Part shown: positions 9,608 to 19,579 of the stretch, piece by piece
How the letters are laid out: each line of letters opens with the position of its first letter
Numbering within the stretch: position 1 is the first letter of the stretch
DNA from: Acidobacteria bacterium UBA823
GTDB lineage: Bacteria > Acidobacteriota > Vicinamibacteria > Vicinamibacterales > UBA823
NCBI GenBank assembly: GCA_002296225.1
Contig: DBHR01000087.1
Span: 12,976-76,975, forward strand
DNA: 64,000 nucleotides
Direction of reading: 5' to 3'
Translations under genes and position numbers: made by a program
The notes under the pieces: generated by a model
What the model was told of the DNA's origin: nothing
The model's input: the letters and a program-made list of their open reading frames with translations, nothing else
Databases searched by the model: none

Positions 9608-10345
9608 CTACTTCCACGTCACCTCCATGCCGAAGAAGTGATCGAAAATTCGCCGGGTCGGGTTGTTGCGCGCGTCGTTTTCGGGACTCCGAATGAAAAA
9701 ATCGATCTGCTGGGTAGCCGGATTGACCGCGCCGGCCGGTGAGCGCTTATCCACCAAGGGGTAGTTCACCGCGAGTGTCTCGCGGTCACGCATCCCCTGC
9801 GTGATCATGAAGTGCATCTGGTAGTCCTCATACAGAGTCTCCCCGTTGAGGGTGGCGTGGCCAAACCCCCAGCCAGCCAAGAAAATGAAGGTCTTCGGCC
9901 AGTTCGTGTCGCCGCAGCCGGAATCGCCGTGCTCGTAGATGGACGCTGCGATGCCGCCGTCCTGGCAGGGGCTGAATTCATTAAACCGGTCAATTTCGAG
10001 TACCAGCTCCCCATCAGTTAACTGCAGCCGAGCAACGAATGTGCCCGTATTCTGGATTTCGTTGACGTCAATCTCGACCGTGCCGTCGACCGCGTGCACA
10101 TCCGATGCGTCGTTGTCGATATGGTCCCATCCCGACGGGTCGTCGAGGCGACCGACCTGGTAGAGCCGCGATGCCGATAGCACCCAGTGGCCGTCGTATA
10201 GGTCGTGTTGTTCGGGCGCATAGAAACCAACCTCAGCGCCAGGCTGCTGGCGGGGCGTCGACTGCGCAGAGGCCACCCCTCCCACCGTCATCACCAATAT
10301 CGTGAAGGGCGCTAGTAACATCCCGCGTATTGTCGTTGGAAGCAT
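9608..10345 (-). CDS. secreted hypothetical protein
   Basis: Signal peptide MLPTTIRGMLLAPFTILVMTVGGVASAQ. I recognised no family motif. It is co-directional with the next gene, 31 nt away. Confidence 0.6.
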   Translation of the reverse strand: MLPTTIRGMLLAPFTILVMTVGGVASAQSTPRQQPGAEVGFYAPEQHDLYDGHWVLSASRLYQVGRLDDPSGWDHIDNDASDVHAVDGTVEIDVNEIQNTGTFVARLQLTDGELVLEIDRFNEFSPCQDGGIAASIYEHGDSGCGDTNWPKTFIFLAGWGFGHATLNGETLYEDYQMHFMITQGMRDRETLAVNYPLVDKRSPAGAVNPATQQIDFFIRSPENDARNNPTRRIFDHFFGMEVTWK

Positions 10346-10376
10346 GCGTGATCCCTTTCTTAAAGTGTGGCGAGGC

Positions 10377-11108
10377 TTACCGGTAATCGTAGATCAGGCT
10401 GACCGTAGTCGTCTGTTCGGGCTCAACGCGTATCGTGCGGCGTACCCGTCCCAGGCGCTCGTGCCAAGACTCAAGGGTGTAGTCACCGGGCGGCAGGTTC
10501 TCAATGCGAAACGCGCCGGTCGCGTCGGTGACAGCATGAAACGGATGCCGGTCAATCCGAACGAACGCCTGCATCCAACCGTGCACGTCACATTTGACGA
10601 CCACCATACCCGACTCCTCGACCACTCGTGAGACACGGAGACCGGCCATTGGTAGCGCGAGGTTCGCCTCCATCGCACCGTAGAGGTGTGTCGTATGCAG
10701 TACCGGGTCACTGTTGGTAGCCTCGATCACCACGCCAGCAGTCGCCACGCTCACGTGTGGCACAAACTGGCAGCCCTTATTGTCAAGGATAAGCCGTTCG
10801 CTGACTACCGGGGGAATCCGTGACTCCGGCACGTCCACCAAGGCGACGATGACGTGACGGATGCCGCGACCGGGCCCCACAACCAGGTCTTGCAGTGTGT
10901 GCTGCCGGCCGCAGACGTCAGGGTCGGTCGTGTTCTCGACGATGGTCGGTTCGGCTAGCCGGCCGCCACTCAACCGGATGACGCCAGTCAGCGCCCCCAG
11001 CCCAGTATTTTGGGCACGCGCGAGTGAATCCTCAGCCGCAGAACACGCCACGAGCAGGCTCGCGACAAGCGCACCACACACCATCACCAAGACCGTAGGC
11101 ACCTGCAC
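10377..11108 (-). CDS. secreted cupredoxin-like protein with a C-terminal carboxypeptidase-regulatory-like domain
   Basis: Lipoprotein-like signal VASLLVACS. Possible type-1 copper ligand pattern HTTH ... KCDVHGWM. The C-terminus GAFRIENLPPGDYTLESWHERLG is typical of CarboxypepD_reg-like beta-sandwich domains. Confidence 0.55.
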   Translation of the reverse strand: MQVPTVLVMVCGALVASLLVACSAAEDSLARAQNTGLGALTGVIRLSGGRLAEPTIVENTTDPDVCGRQHTLQDLVVGPGRGIRHVIVALVDVPESRIPPVVSERLILDNKGCQFVPHVSVATAGVVIEATNSDPVLHTTHLYGAMEANLALPMAGLRVSRVVEESGMVVVKCDVHGWMQAFVRIDRHPFHAVTDATGAFRIENLPPGDYTLESWHERLGRVRRTIRVEPEQTTTVSLIYDYR

Positions 11109-11215
11109 TGATGATACCCGGCCGAACGGCTCAGCCTTTTGCTAAGATGCATGTCTCTAGCCCAGCCGCCCAATGAGGGCCGGTTTCCGGGCGGATAGTT
11201 GCCTGAGGAGGCGCT

Positions 11216-12712
11216 GTGGAAGCAGGTGCTTTTGGTTGGTTCTCGGTCTTGCCACCGGTTCTCGCGATTGGCCTAGCGATCGCCACCCGTCAGGTGACGA
11301 TCTCGCTAGTCGCCGGCATCTGGGTCGGCTGGGTTATCCATGCCGGCGGGAATCCCCTAGTCGGAACCGGTGAAGCGATTACGGCGATGATCAACGTGTT
11401 CGTCGATGCCGGTCAAACCCGTGTCATCGTGTTCACGTTGTTGATGGGTTCCCTGCTCATCCTCATGCAGCGGGGCGGCGGAATCGACGGATTCCTTGCC
11501 TGGGTCAGCCGCTGGGCATGGTCGCAAACCCGCCGCGGTGCGCAGCTCATGGCGTCGTTCATCGGCCTCGGGGTGTTCATCGAATCAACGATCACATGCC
11601 TCGTCGTCGGGACCGTCTCCCGCCCGCTGTTCGATCGCTTAAAGATCTCGCGCGAGAAGCTCGCCTACATTTGCGATTCGACCTCCGCACCAGTCTGTAT
11701 GTTGATCCCGTTCAACGCCTGGGGCGCCACCGTCCTCAGTTTGCTTGGCGCGCAAGCTGCGCTTGGCAACCTCGGTGACGCTGGGCCGCTCGCTGTGTTT
11801 ATGGCTGCCGTGCCACTGAACTTCTATTCGATCGCGGCCGTCGTTCTCGTTTTTATTGTCGCCGCGAGCGGCTGGCATATCGGCCCGATGAAAGACGCGG
11901 AGCGTCGCGCCGAAGTGGAAGGCAAAGTGCTGCGCGACGACGCCCGCCCGGTCGTTGACGACGAGGTGATTATGACGCCGCGGAAGCCCGGGGCGCCGCC
12001 CAAACTAGGGAACATGCTCGTGCCGCTAGTGGTGATGGTGCTCATGGTCATCGCCGGCATTGGCATCACCGGCACGGCTGGCGTGCAAGCGGCGGGGATC
12101 GAGAACCCTGGCCTGATGGACTACCTCAACCTAGCGTCAGGCTCGACGTCCGTGCTCTGGGCCGTACTGCTCGCACTTGGGCTGATGGCGGTCATGAGTC
12201 TGACCCAGGGCCTCTTTTCGATGCAGGAGTACGTCGACCTGTCGTTCAAGGGGGCGGGTGGAATGCTACCGCTGGCGGTGCTACTCGCCCTCGCCCTCGC
12301 CCTCGGTAGCACGTGCGACGCGATTGGCACCGGCCCGTTTCTAGCCGGGCAGGTTCAGCCGTTCCTGACCCCGGTGCTCGTGGCGCCCCTTGTGTTCCTG
12401 GTAAGCGCCTTTATCGCGTTCTCGACAGGCTCGAGCTGGGGTACGTTTGCCATCATGTTGCCGTTGGCCGTGCCGCTTGCCGCAACGTTCAACGCCGAAG
12501 TCGCCATGGTCTCCCTGCCGCTTGTCGTGAGTGCGGTGCTGGGCGGCGGTGTTTTCGGTGACCACTGCTCGCCAATTAGCGATACGAGCGTCATCTCGTC
12601 AATGGCAGCGGCCAGCGACCATATCGACCATGTGCGGACGCAGCTGCCTTACGCGCTGATTGCGGGTGCCGTCGCCTTCACGCTGTATTTGGTCGTCGGA
12701 ATCATGGCCTGA
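11216..12712 (+). CDS. Na+/H+ antiporter NhaC-family transporter
   Basis: Length 498 aa with about 12 TM segments. The N-terminal FSVLPPVLAIGLAIATRQVTISL and overall organisation resemble NhaC-type transporters. Confidence 0.7.
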   Translation: MEAGAFGWFSVLPPVLAIGLAIATRQVTISLVAGIWVGWVIHAGGNPLVGTGEAITAMINVFVDAGQTRVIVFTLLMGSLLILMQRGGGIDGFLAWVSRWAWSQTRRGAQLMASFIGLGVFIESTITCLVVGTVSRPLFDRLKISREKLAYICDSTSAPVCMLIPFNAWGATVLSLLGAQAALGNLGDAGPLAVFMAAVPLNFYSIAAVVLVFIVAASGWHIGPMKDAERRAEVEGKVLRDDARPVVDDEVIMTPRKPGAPPKLGNMLVPLVVMVLMVIAGIGITGTAGVQAAGIENPGLMDYLNLASGSTSVLWAVLLALGLMAVMSLTQGLFSMQEYVDLSFKGAGGMLPLAVLLALALALGSTCDAIGTGPFLAGQVQPFLTPVLVAPLVFLVSAFIAFSTGSSWGTFAIMLPLAVPLAATFNAEVAMVSLPLVVSAVLGGGVFGDHCSPISDTSVISSMAAASDHIDHVRTQLPYALIAGAVAFTLYLVVGIMA

Positions 12713-12720
12713 GTCACGCC

Positions 12721-14946
12721 TTACCCAGCCACTCGGTGCATTAGCGCGGTGGCATCATCAACCTGGTCAGCCAACGTTTCAAGGGCCTCAGCAACGCGCG
12801 TCACGAACCCGGTGGCTTGGCTCCACTCTTCCCGTTCGAGGCTTTCACGGATCCCCGGAAGCGTCTTCACGCCGTAGCCCGTATACAGGCCCGGCGCGTA
12901 GATGAGATGCTTGAACCAGTCGCGTTGGGGTAGCCCCACCCGCAGGGCCAGCGCTCGCTCTGACGTGAAGAGTAGCTGGTTTAGCTTGGCGACGTCCTCC
13001 ATGCGGGCTCCGAGCGCTGCACTGCTCACCCCATCCAGTCGGCGGAGCGCCAGCTCGTACGCCGAGCCGGCCATACCAAGCCTCGACAGTGCCGTGCGGA
13101 CGGGTTCGAGGTCGAGGCTCGGCGGCTCGTCGAGCGATTGGTAGAGCGTCTCAATTTCCTCCACGTATGTTTCGATCGTGGTCGCGTAGTCAACAAAGTT
13201 GAACGGCAGAACCGTCGCGTCGGCGAGCCGAAGGATGGTCGTGCCTACGGTCTGGGAGAGCGCACGAATGTGGGCAAAATCAGTGTCCGAGAAGGTTGTA
13301 TACCAGTCGAACGAGTCGTATTTCGAGTGATAGACACCACTGCTCGAGCTATCGCCGCTAAAACCTAGGTTCAAAGAAGCGACGGTCAGGTGGTCAAGGA
13401 ACACCGTGTAGTCCGACCCTGATCCAAGCGCACCGATTGAAAACCCCTCTGACGACTCGATGGCCGCGCGTGCCGCGTCGTCCTCTGCCGTTTCCAGTCG
13501 TCGCGCCAAGAGTTCCTCACGGACCGACCCACCACCCCGCGGACCCGGAACGTCGCGCGCCACCTCGTTGATGAACTGCTGCAGCGAATGCGAACCACCG
13601 GCCGACAGCCAACCACGGTTCGTGCTGTCAGTGTTGATATAGGCAACGGCGTTTGCGCGCAGCTCCACCGCGTGCTTCTCGCCCCACTCAGTTGAGCCCA
13701 GTAGCCCCCATTCCTCGCCGTCCCAGGCCGCAAGGATAATCGTCCGTTTCGGACGCCAGCCCTGCTGCAGAAGTTCGGCGAGGCCGCGCGCGGTCTCCAT
13801 GAGCGCCACATTGCCGCTAGTGGGGTCGGCGGCGCCGTTGACCCAAGCGTCGTGATGGTTGCCATGGAGAATCCACTGATCGGGAAAATCTGTGCCGTCG
13901 ATGCGAACGACCACGTTGTAGAGCGGCCGCGTCTGCCAGTCGAATGAGAGCTTCATGTGGACCCTGGCCGGGCCGGGCCCGATCCGATAGGTGATGGGTA
14001 ACGCGCCGCGCCAGTCCTCGGGAGCCACCGGGCCCCCCAGCGCGTCGAGCAGCGGCTCGGCGTCGGCGTAAGAGATTGGGAGCACAGGAATCTTCAGGAT
14101 AGTCGTCGCGTCGACTCGGTTGAGCTTCCGTACGCCCGGCTCGCTACCCCATCCCGGCGTCAGCGGGTCTCCAGGATAGACGGGCATATCCATAACGCTG
14201 CCGCGCTGCACGCCAAACGCCGGGCGGAACGGGCCGTCGGGATAGACCTCGCCCTGGTAGTAGCCGTCTTCCTTCGGGTCCGAATAGATGATGCACCCGA
14301 CCGCGCCGTGCTCCCAAGCGAGCTTCGGCTTGATGCCGCGCCAGCTCCGGCCGTACTTGGCAATGACGACCTTGCCCGCGACGTCGATTCCAAGCTCTTC
14401 GAGCCGCTCGTAGTCCTCGGGGATACCATAGTTGACGTAGACTAAATCGGCTGTGACATCGCCGTCGGCCGAATAAGCGTTATAGCTCGGCAGCCCCCCC
14501 ACATCACCAGAATCCTTGTCTTGCGAAATTCTTGGCTCTTCGAGACTCAGGCGGAACCGCGTTGGCGCGATCAACTCGACAACGCGTTCGACCGGCATCG
14601 GCATCAGCGCCTCGTGCTCTTCGATCCGCGCCTCGAGGCCCCAACTGCTGAGCTGCTCCACCATATATAGCGCGACTTGGCGGCTGCCCGGAGAGCCCGC
14701 ATGGTGCGGCTCCTCCGTAATGACGCGCATATACTCACGTAGACGGTCGGGATCGGGCACGGCGCGGAATGCCTCCTCGCGTTCACGCTGCGCCGCCACC
14801 TCGTCTTGGAGGAATCCTCGCAACGCGGCCTCCTGGGACAGCACCACCGAACCTGGCACCGCAAAAGCCACGAGGCACACTGCCAGCGTCGCATGACCGA
14901 CTAGCGCCTGACGGCTCCGCGGTCGGTGGTGCGTTCTCTGATACAT
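12721..14946 (-). CDS. M28 family metallopeptidase, glutamate carboxypeptidase II / transferrin-receptor-like
   Basis: Length 741 aa with an N-terminal signal. The layout is PA-domain plus M28, with zinc-site-like motifs HGNHHDAW and WDGEEWGLLGS, followed by a C-terminal helical dimerisation-like domain. Confidence 0.85.
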   Translation of the reverse strand: MYQRTHHRPRSRQALVGHATLAVCLVAFAVPGSVVLSQEAALRGFLQDEVAAQREREEAFRAVPDPDRLREYMRVITEEPHHAGSPGSRQVALYMVEQLSSWGLEARIEEHEALMPMPVERVVELIAPTRFRLSLEEPRISQDKDSGDVGGLPSYNAYSADGDVTADLVYVNYGIPEDYERLEELGIDVAGKVVIAKYGRSWRGIKPKLAWEHGAVGCIIYSDPKEDGYYQGEVYPDGPFRPAFGVQRGSVMDMPVYPGDPLTPGWGSEPGVRKLNRVDATTILKIPVLPISYADAEPLLDALGGPVAPEDWRGALPITYRIGPGPARVHMKLSFDWQTRPLYNVVVRIDGTDFPDQWILHGNHHDAWVNGAADPTSGNVALMETARGLAELLQQGWRPKRTIILAAWDGEEWGLLGSTEWGEKHAVELRANAVAYINTDSTNRGWLSAGGSHSLQQFINEVARDVPGPRGGGSVREELLARRLETAEDDAARAAIESSEGFSIGALGSGSDYTVFLDHLTVASLNLGFSGDSSSSGVYHSKYDSFDWYTTFSDTDFAHIRALSQTVGTTILRLADATVLPFNFVDYATTIETYVEEIETLYQSLDEPPSLDLEPVRTALSRLGMAGSAYELALRRLDGVSSAALGARMEDVAKLNQLLFTSERALALRVGLPQRDWFKHLIYAPGLYTGYGVKTLPGIRESLEREEWSQATGFVTRVAEALETLADQVDDATALMHRVAG

Positions 14947-15079
14947 GTTGCCCTCTCATTTCTCCGGTGACGCTGCGCGCACCGTGAACTAGCTCTCAAT
15001 CAACCAGTCGCCGAATATCAAAAATTAAGCTAAGAATGATTTGTGTAAAAAGAACCGTACAACTTCTTGTCATGCGGCC

Positions 15080-16060
15080 CTATTCATGGCCGCGCACTGG
15101 GTGCGGCTGATACCGCTCCTCGAGTGCAACGCATTCCGCATCGTCCAACCTAATGTCAAGCGCTTCCACCGCCTGATCGAGCTGCTTGATCTTCGATGCA
15201 CCGATGATCGGCGCCGTTACACCCGACTGGCCCAGCAGCCACGCCAGTGACACCTGCGCTGCTGACACGCCGCGCGCCTTGGCCACCTCAACGACCCGGT
15301 TCACAACATCGAAATCTGCGTCGGTGTAGTACATCCTTTGTGCGAACGTATCGCTTTTAGACCGTTTAGTTGCCCCCAAGCCCTCCCGACGCCGGTTGCC
15401 GGCGAGAAACCCCCTTGCCAGTGGACTCCACGGAATGACACCAATCCCTTCCTCGCGGCAAAGTGGCATCATCTCCCGCTCTTCCTCACGGTAGACAAGG
15501 TTGTAGTGGTTCTGCATCGAAACGAAACGGGCCCAGCCGTGTTGGTCTGACAGATGCAGGGCCTTCATAAACTGCCAGGCGTACATGCTCGACGCACCGA
15601 TGTACCGCGCCTTCCCGGCCAGGACGATATCGTTCAACGCACACAGGGTCTCCTCAATCGGTGTGTCTGGATCCCATCGGTGGACCTGATACAGGTCGAC
15701 GTAATCGACACCGAGCCGGCGCAGGGATGCATCGATCGCACTGAAGAGATGTTTACGCGACAAACCCCGATCGTTCGGTCCATCACCTATAGGATAGAAG
15801 GCCTTGGTCGCAATGACGGCCTCATCGCGCGGGATGAGCTCCTTGAGGACTCGGCCAACGATCTCCTCGGTGACGCCGACGGAGTACATGTCAGCCGTAT
15901 CAAAAAAATTGATACCGTGCTCCAACGCTCGCACAAAGAACGGTCGGCTTTCGTTCTCCGGCAGCACCCAGTCGTGCCAGCCGGGGTCACCGTAGGTCAT
16001 CGTGCCGAAGCAGATTCGGGATACCTTCAAGCCAGTGGAACCGAGATTCACGTAATCCAT
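15080..16060 (-). CDS. aldo/keto reductase
   Basis: MDYVNLGSTGLKVSRICFGTMTYG, DTADMYS and later AKR blocks. ATG confirmed at 16058-16060 on the minus strand. The ORF-track extension to 16189 looks non-coding. Confidence 0.85.
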   Translation of the reverse strand: MDYVNLGSTGLKVSRICFGTMTYGDPGWHDWVLPENESRPFFVRALEHGINFFDTADMYSVGVTEEIVGRVLKELIPRDEAVIATKAFYPIGDGPNDRGLSRKHLFSAIDASLRRLGVDYVDLYQVHRWDPDTPIEETLCALNDIVLAGKARYIGASSMYAWQFMKALHLSDQHGWARFVSMQNHYNLVYREEEREMMPLCREEGIGVIPWSPLARGFLAGNRRREGLGATKRSKSDTFAQRMYYTDADFDVVNRVVEVAKARGVSAAQVSLAWLLGQSGVTAPIIGASKIKQLDQAVEALDIRLDDAECVALEERYQPHPVRGHE

Positions 16061-16182
16061 GGGGTCAATCGCCCGTTCTAATTCCGCCGCGAAAGGCAAC
16101 CAGACTATCACGGTGGCTATGGTCGAAAAGACGTCGTCCTCTAGCTGTCGGCTGTAGGCTATAAGTAGGAGGGTGGTGCAAC

Positions 16183-17142
16183 ATGCCACAGCCTATTCCG
16201 CTAGGAGCGACTCCGTTAGCAAAGCTGAAAGGACACCTTGTGACCATCAATGACGCACACTGCCACTTTTTCTCAGAGGGCTTCTTCGGTGCGCTCGCTA
16301 GAGAACGGGCTGGCAGCAGCACTCCTGACTCGGTCGAGGCGATCACGGGCTCCCTCAAATGGGAGGCGCCGGGCAATCTGACGACGCTGGCCGACCGGTG
16401 GGTGGCTGAGTTAAACAAACATGGGGTGAATCGCGCCGCACTCATCGCCAGCGTGCCCGGCGACGAGGACTCGGTCGCTTCGGCTGTGGCGAAGTATCCG
16501 GACCGGTTCGTCGGACTTTTCATGTTAAATCCGCAGCAGCCCGATGCTGCCGACCGCTGTACCCGCGCGCTCACTGAGCTCGGGCTGCACGGTCTTTGCA
16601 TCTTTCCAGCGATGCACCGGTTTGCCCTCGATTCACAGCAAGCCGCCCGCATCTTCGAACTCGCTGCAATACATAACGCAAAGTCGGTCTTTGTGCACTG
16701 TGGCATGTTGTCGGTCGGTATCAGAAAGAAGCTGGGTCTCCCGAGTCGTTTTGACATCCGGCTCGGTGACCCCCTCGCACTTATTCCGATCGCAAGCACA
16801 TATCCGGACTTGACGTTCGTAATCCCCCACTTCGCAGCGGGGTTCACGCGAGAAGGACTCATGGCGGCCAGCCTCTGTCCTAATATTGTCTTCGACACGT
16901 CGAGCTCGAACGGCTGGATCAAATACCACCCGGGGCTGACGCTGACCGACGTATTTCGGCAGGCACTCAGCATTCTGGGACCTTCACAACTCATGTTCGG
17001 GACTGATTCGTCGTTCTTCCCGCGCGGTTGGCAGCGGCCAATCTTCGAGCAGCAATGCGCGATCTTACGAGAACTTGGCGTCGAGGGCGACACGCAGCGG
17101 GAGATCTTTAGCGGCACCTTCGAACGGATCTATGGTGCGTAA
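16183..17142 (+). CDS. amidohydrolase family protein (amidohydrolase_2 / ACMSD-like)
   Basis: INDAHCHFF metal-binding start, HCGM and FGTDSSFFP blocks; 319 aa. The 350-aa antisense ORF (16065-17117) is a shadow. Confidence 0.7.
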   Translation: MPQPIPLGATPLAKLKGHLVTINDAHCHFFSEGFFGALARERAGSSTPDSVEAITGSLKWEAPGNLTTLADRWVAELNKHGVNRAALIASVPGDEDSVASAVAKYPDRFVGLFMLNPQQPDAADRCTRALTELGLHGLCIFPAMHRFALDSQQAARIFELAAIHNAKSVFVHCGMLSVGIRKKLGLPSRFDIRLGDPLALIPIASTYPDLTFVIPHFAAGFTREGLMAASLCPNIVFDTSSSNGWIKYHPGLTLTDVFRQALSILGPSQLMFGTDSSFFPRGWQRPIFEQQCAILRELGVEGDTQREIFSGTFERIYGA

Positions 17143-17165
17143 CTTCGCGTAACGTTACAATTAAA

Positions 17166-17717
17166 TTGGTGATCGGCCCGCTATTCCCCGCACTCGTGCT
17201 TTCAATCGTCATCCTGCTTCACTTCGGATGCGGAGGAGTTTCGCCAAGCGATCCGGCCGGCTCCACATCCGAGGCAGGCAGCCCCACTGCCGCAGTGACT
17301 ACTGCGACGTTCGCGTCGAAACCTGAGAGGCTCGCCGTCGCGGCGTATGCTGTCAACGGTGTCGACGTTGAGCTGCTCGACATCTCGCGAACCGGTGCGG
17401 ACACGATCACGGTTCAGTGGCAGTACCGGACGGAGTTGACCCCAAGTGTCCGGCTCGACGCCGGCGACGACCCCTACGGATTGACCCGTGACGCCTACCT
17501 CTACGACAGTGCTCATGAGAAGAAGTACATGGTTGTCGAAGATGATTCGGGTCGGCCGGTAACAAGCATCCATATCGACGACGGGAGGCTGACCGTCTCG
17601 CCCGACGCACCGCTCACTGCGTGGGCCAAGTTCCCTGCTCCACCTACCGATGTCGAACAAGTCGCCATCCACCTGCCCGGCGTCGAACTATTTGAGAGTG
17701 TGGCCCTCAGTCAGTAG
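17166..17717 (+). CDS. hypothetical lipoprotein
   Basis: Hydrophobic N-terminus ending in the lipobox-like LLHFGCGG. The start is TTG at 17166 or GTG at 17169. No known domain recognised. Confidence 0.5.
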   Translation: MVIGPLFPALVLSIVILLHFGCGGVSPSDPAGSTSEAGSPTAAVTTATFASKPERLAVAAYAVNGVDVELLDISRTGADTITVQWQYRTELTPSVRLDAGDDPYGLTRDAYLYDSAHEKKYMVVEDDSGRPVTSIHIDDGRLTVSPDAPLTAWAKFPAPPTDVEQVAIHLPGVELFESVALSQ

Positions 17718-17882
17718 TTCGATCCACTTCGCGCTCCGCATTGAACCTCGGCTTGGATCTCTTCAAGGGTTCGGTCACAATTTCAGCGCTTCTCTGCGGC
17801 ATGCAGGTAACCGAAACGATTACTCAGAAGCTTCAAACTCAAAATGTGGCTCTCACGGTAAGATGACAACTGCGGCGGCATC

Positions 17883-18047
17883 ATGAACTTCTACGAGCAG
17901 GGCCGTGACATCCTTCGCTTCTTTCGACCCTATCGCGACCAGCTGCCCAGCCGGGACGACATTCAGCGCGTCTCGGATATTTCCGTTGACCACATCTTCG
18001 CGCTACAGTCCCGCCACCCCAGCCCTCAGAGGTGTTCGAACGAATGA
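17883..18047 (+). CDS. candidate small ORF (54 aa) translationally coupled to the ABC ATPase
   Basis: ATG at 17883. The product is MNFYEQGRDILRFFRPYRDQLPSRDDIQRVSDISVDHIFALQSRHPSPQRCSNE. The TGA stop overlaps the ATG at 18044 (ATGA). Third-position G/C is high (about 42 of 54 codons by my count). It is below the ORF-track length cutoff. Confidence 0.25.
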   Translation: MNFYEQGRDILRFFRPYRDQLPSRDDIQRVSDISVDHIFALQSRHPSPQRCSNE

Positions 18048-18826
18048 CCCCGGCCCTCGAACTCCGGGGCGTCACCGTCACGCGAGACGGCCGGCCGATT
18101 CTCGACCGGATTAACTGGACGGTGGCGCCTGGCGAGCGTTGGATTGTGCTCGGACCGAACGGATCGGGCAAAACAACGCTATGCCAAGTGGCGTCGCTGT
18201 ATCAGCACCCGGCACGAGGCACGGTACGGGTCCTCGGTGAGACGTTGGGCCACACAGAAGTCAGGGAATTACGCAAGCGCATCGGGTACGCGAGCGTGCA
18301 GCTGGCCGACATGTTGCGGCCCAACCAGACCGCAACGGACATAGTCATCACCGCCAAACACGGCGCGCTCGCAACTTGGTGGCACACCTACGAGGAAGCT
18401 GACTATGCGAAGGCGAGACAACTGCTCGGCCGGTTCGGCTGTGGAGACCTAGCAGCCCGCCGGTTCGGTACACTGGCCTCCGGCGAACGAAAGCGGGTCG
18501 AAATCGCACGAGCACTCATGGCAGACCCGAGCTTGCTGTTGCTCGATGAACCGTCGGCCGGCCTTGATCTGGGTGGTCGAGAGACGTTGGTCGCAACGCT
18601 GGCTTCGCTCGCCAGAGATCGTGCCGTCCCGGCAATCGTCCTGGTCACGCATCATGTCGACGAGATTCCACCAGGCTTCACGCACGTGCTCCTTCTTGCC
18701 ACCGGCAGGAGGCTCGCAGCAGGCCGGCTCGACGAAACGCTTACGGACGATACCTTGTCACGGTGCTTCGGACTCGAGTTACACGTCGAACCGCGGAACG
18801 GCCGATGGCAGGCGTGGACCGGATGA
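18032..18826 (+). CDS. orphan ABC transporter ATP-binding protein (ModF/YlmA-like)
   Basis: Walker A GPNGSGKTT, signature LASGERKRVEIARAL and Walker B LLLDEPSAGLD. No permease is adjacent. The start is GTG at 18032 or ATG at 18044. Confidence 0.85.
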   Translation: MFERMTPALELRGVTVTRDGRPILDRINWTVAPGERWIVLGPNGSGKTTLCQVASLYQHPARGTVRVLGETLGHTEVRELRKRIGYASVQLADMLRPNQTATDIVITAKHGALATWWHTYEEADYAKARQLLGRFGCGDLAARRFGTLASGERKRVEIARALMADPSLLLLDEPSAGLDLGGRETLVATLASLARDRAVPAIVLVTHHVDEIPPGFTHVLLLATGRRLAAGRLDETLTDDTLSRCFGLELHVEPRNGRWQAWTG

Positions 18827-18889
18827 GCAGGAAAGAAACACTGTAATTCGTAGACCCAGACGGCGGCCTTCCGCTGAGATGTTCTCGGC

Positions 18890-19579
18890 TCACGAACGCT
18901 TCTGACCCTCGAGCAACAGCGCCAGCGCCTCGTTGAGCGACGCCGTCGCCCGCGCCTCGAGCGCCCGCGCTAAAAATCCGGTCAAGTTGGCGACGGCAAA
19001 GCTACTCCCTTTCAGGTTACGCGACGGAGACACTCCAGGAATCGGCCTCGGGAACCCGGAGGCGGATAAGACTACCGCGCCGTTCTGCCGGGTCCACCGA
19101 TACTGATCGCGAGGACAGTCCCAGTCCAAAGCGACCGGCACGACACCGGGCAGGCTACCGGGTAGCCACTGCGTCTGTCCGTCGGCGGCCGCCGAGACGA
19201 TCAGTGCGCCGTTCGTGGCTGCACGGTCCACGGTTTCGCGCAGTAGATCAGCGTGGGCGGCATTCGCCATGCCGAGGCTGAGATTGATCAGGCGGGCGCC
19301 CGACCTAGCCGCCCAGTCGATCGCCGCCACCAGCGCCTCGGTACTCGTCGAGAGCTCCCGGTCGAACACCTTAACGGCGTAAATGACACTTCCCGGGGCT
19401 TTTTCTCGGATAGCCGCTGCCACTGCCGTGCCGTGACCAAGGCGGTCAATAAAGTCTGGGTGTTCGGTGCCGTCGGCTGCGATCCCGACGCCTCCGGCGA
19501 CACGGCCAACGTGCGGGTGATCGGGATGCACGCCGCTGTCAACAACGGCTACACGCACGGGAACAAGGTCACTCATCAC
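18890..19579 (-). CDS. qhpE: small subtilisin-like serine protease, QhpE-like (gamma-leader peptidase)
   Basis: Asp/His/Ser triad motifs VVDSGV, GHGTAVA and GSSFAVANLTG in only 229 aa. It overlaps the upstream ABC exporter gene by 4 nt and lies within the qhp cluster. Confidence 0.8.
   Translation of the reverse strand: MMSDLVPVRVAVVDSGVHPDHPHVGRVAGGVGIAADGTEHPDFIDRLGHGTAVAAAIREKAPGSVIYAVKVFDRELSTSTEALVAAIDWAARSGARLINLSLGMANAAHADLLRETVDRAATNGALIVSAAADGQTQWLPGSLPGVVPVALDWDCPRDQYRWTRQNGAVVLSASGFPRPIPGVSPSRNLKGSSFAVANLTGFLARALEARATASLNEALALLLEGQKRS

Noticed and set aside
16061-16189. N-terminal extension of the aldo/keto reductase ORF
   Set aside because: The canonical AKR N-terminus (MDYVNLGSTGLKVS) begins at the ATG at 16060. 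The extension would overlap the start of the divergent amidohydrolase gene.
16065-17117. A 350-aa minus-strand ORF covering almost the whole amidohydrolase gene
   Set aside because: It lies fully antisense to an ORF with clear amidohydrolase motifs. Its Ser/Arg/Pro/Cys-rich composition is typical of GC-rich shadow frames, and it has no recognisable domain.
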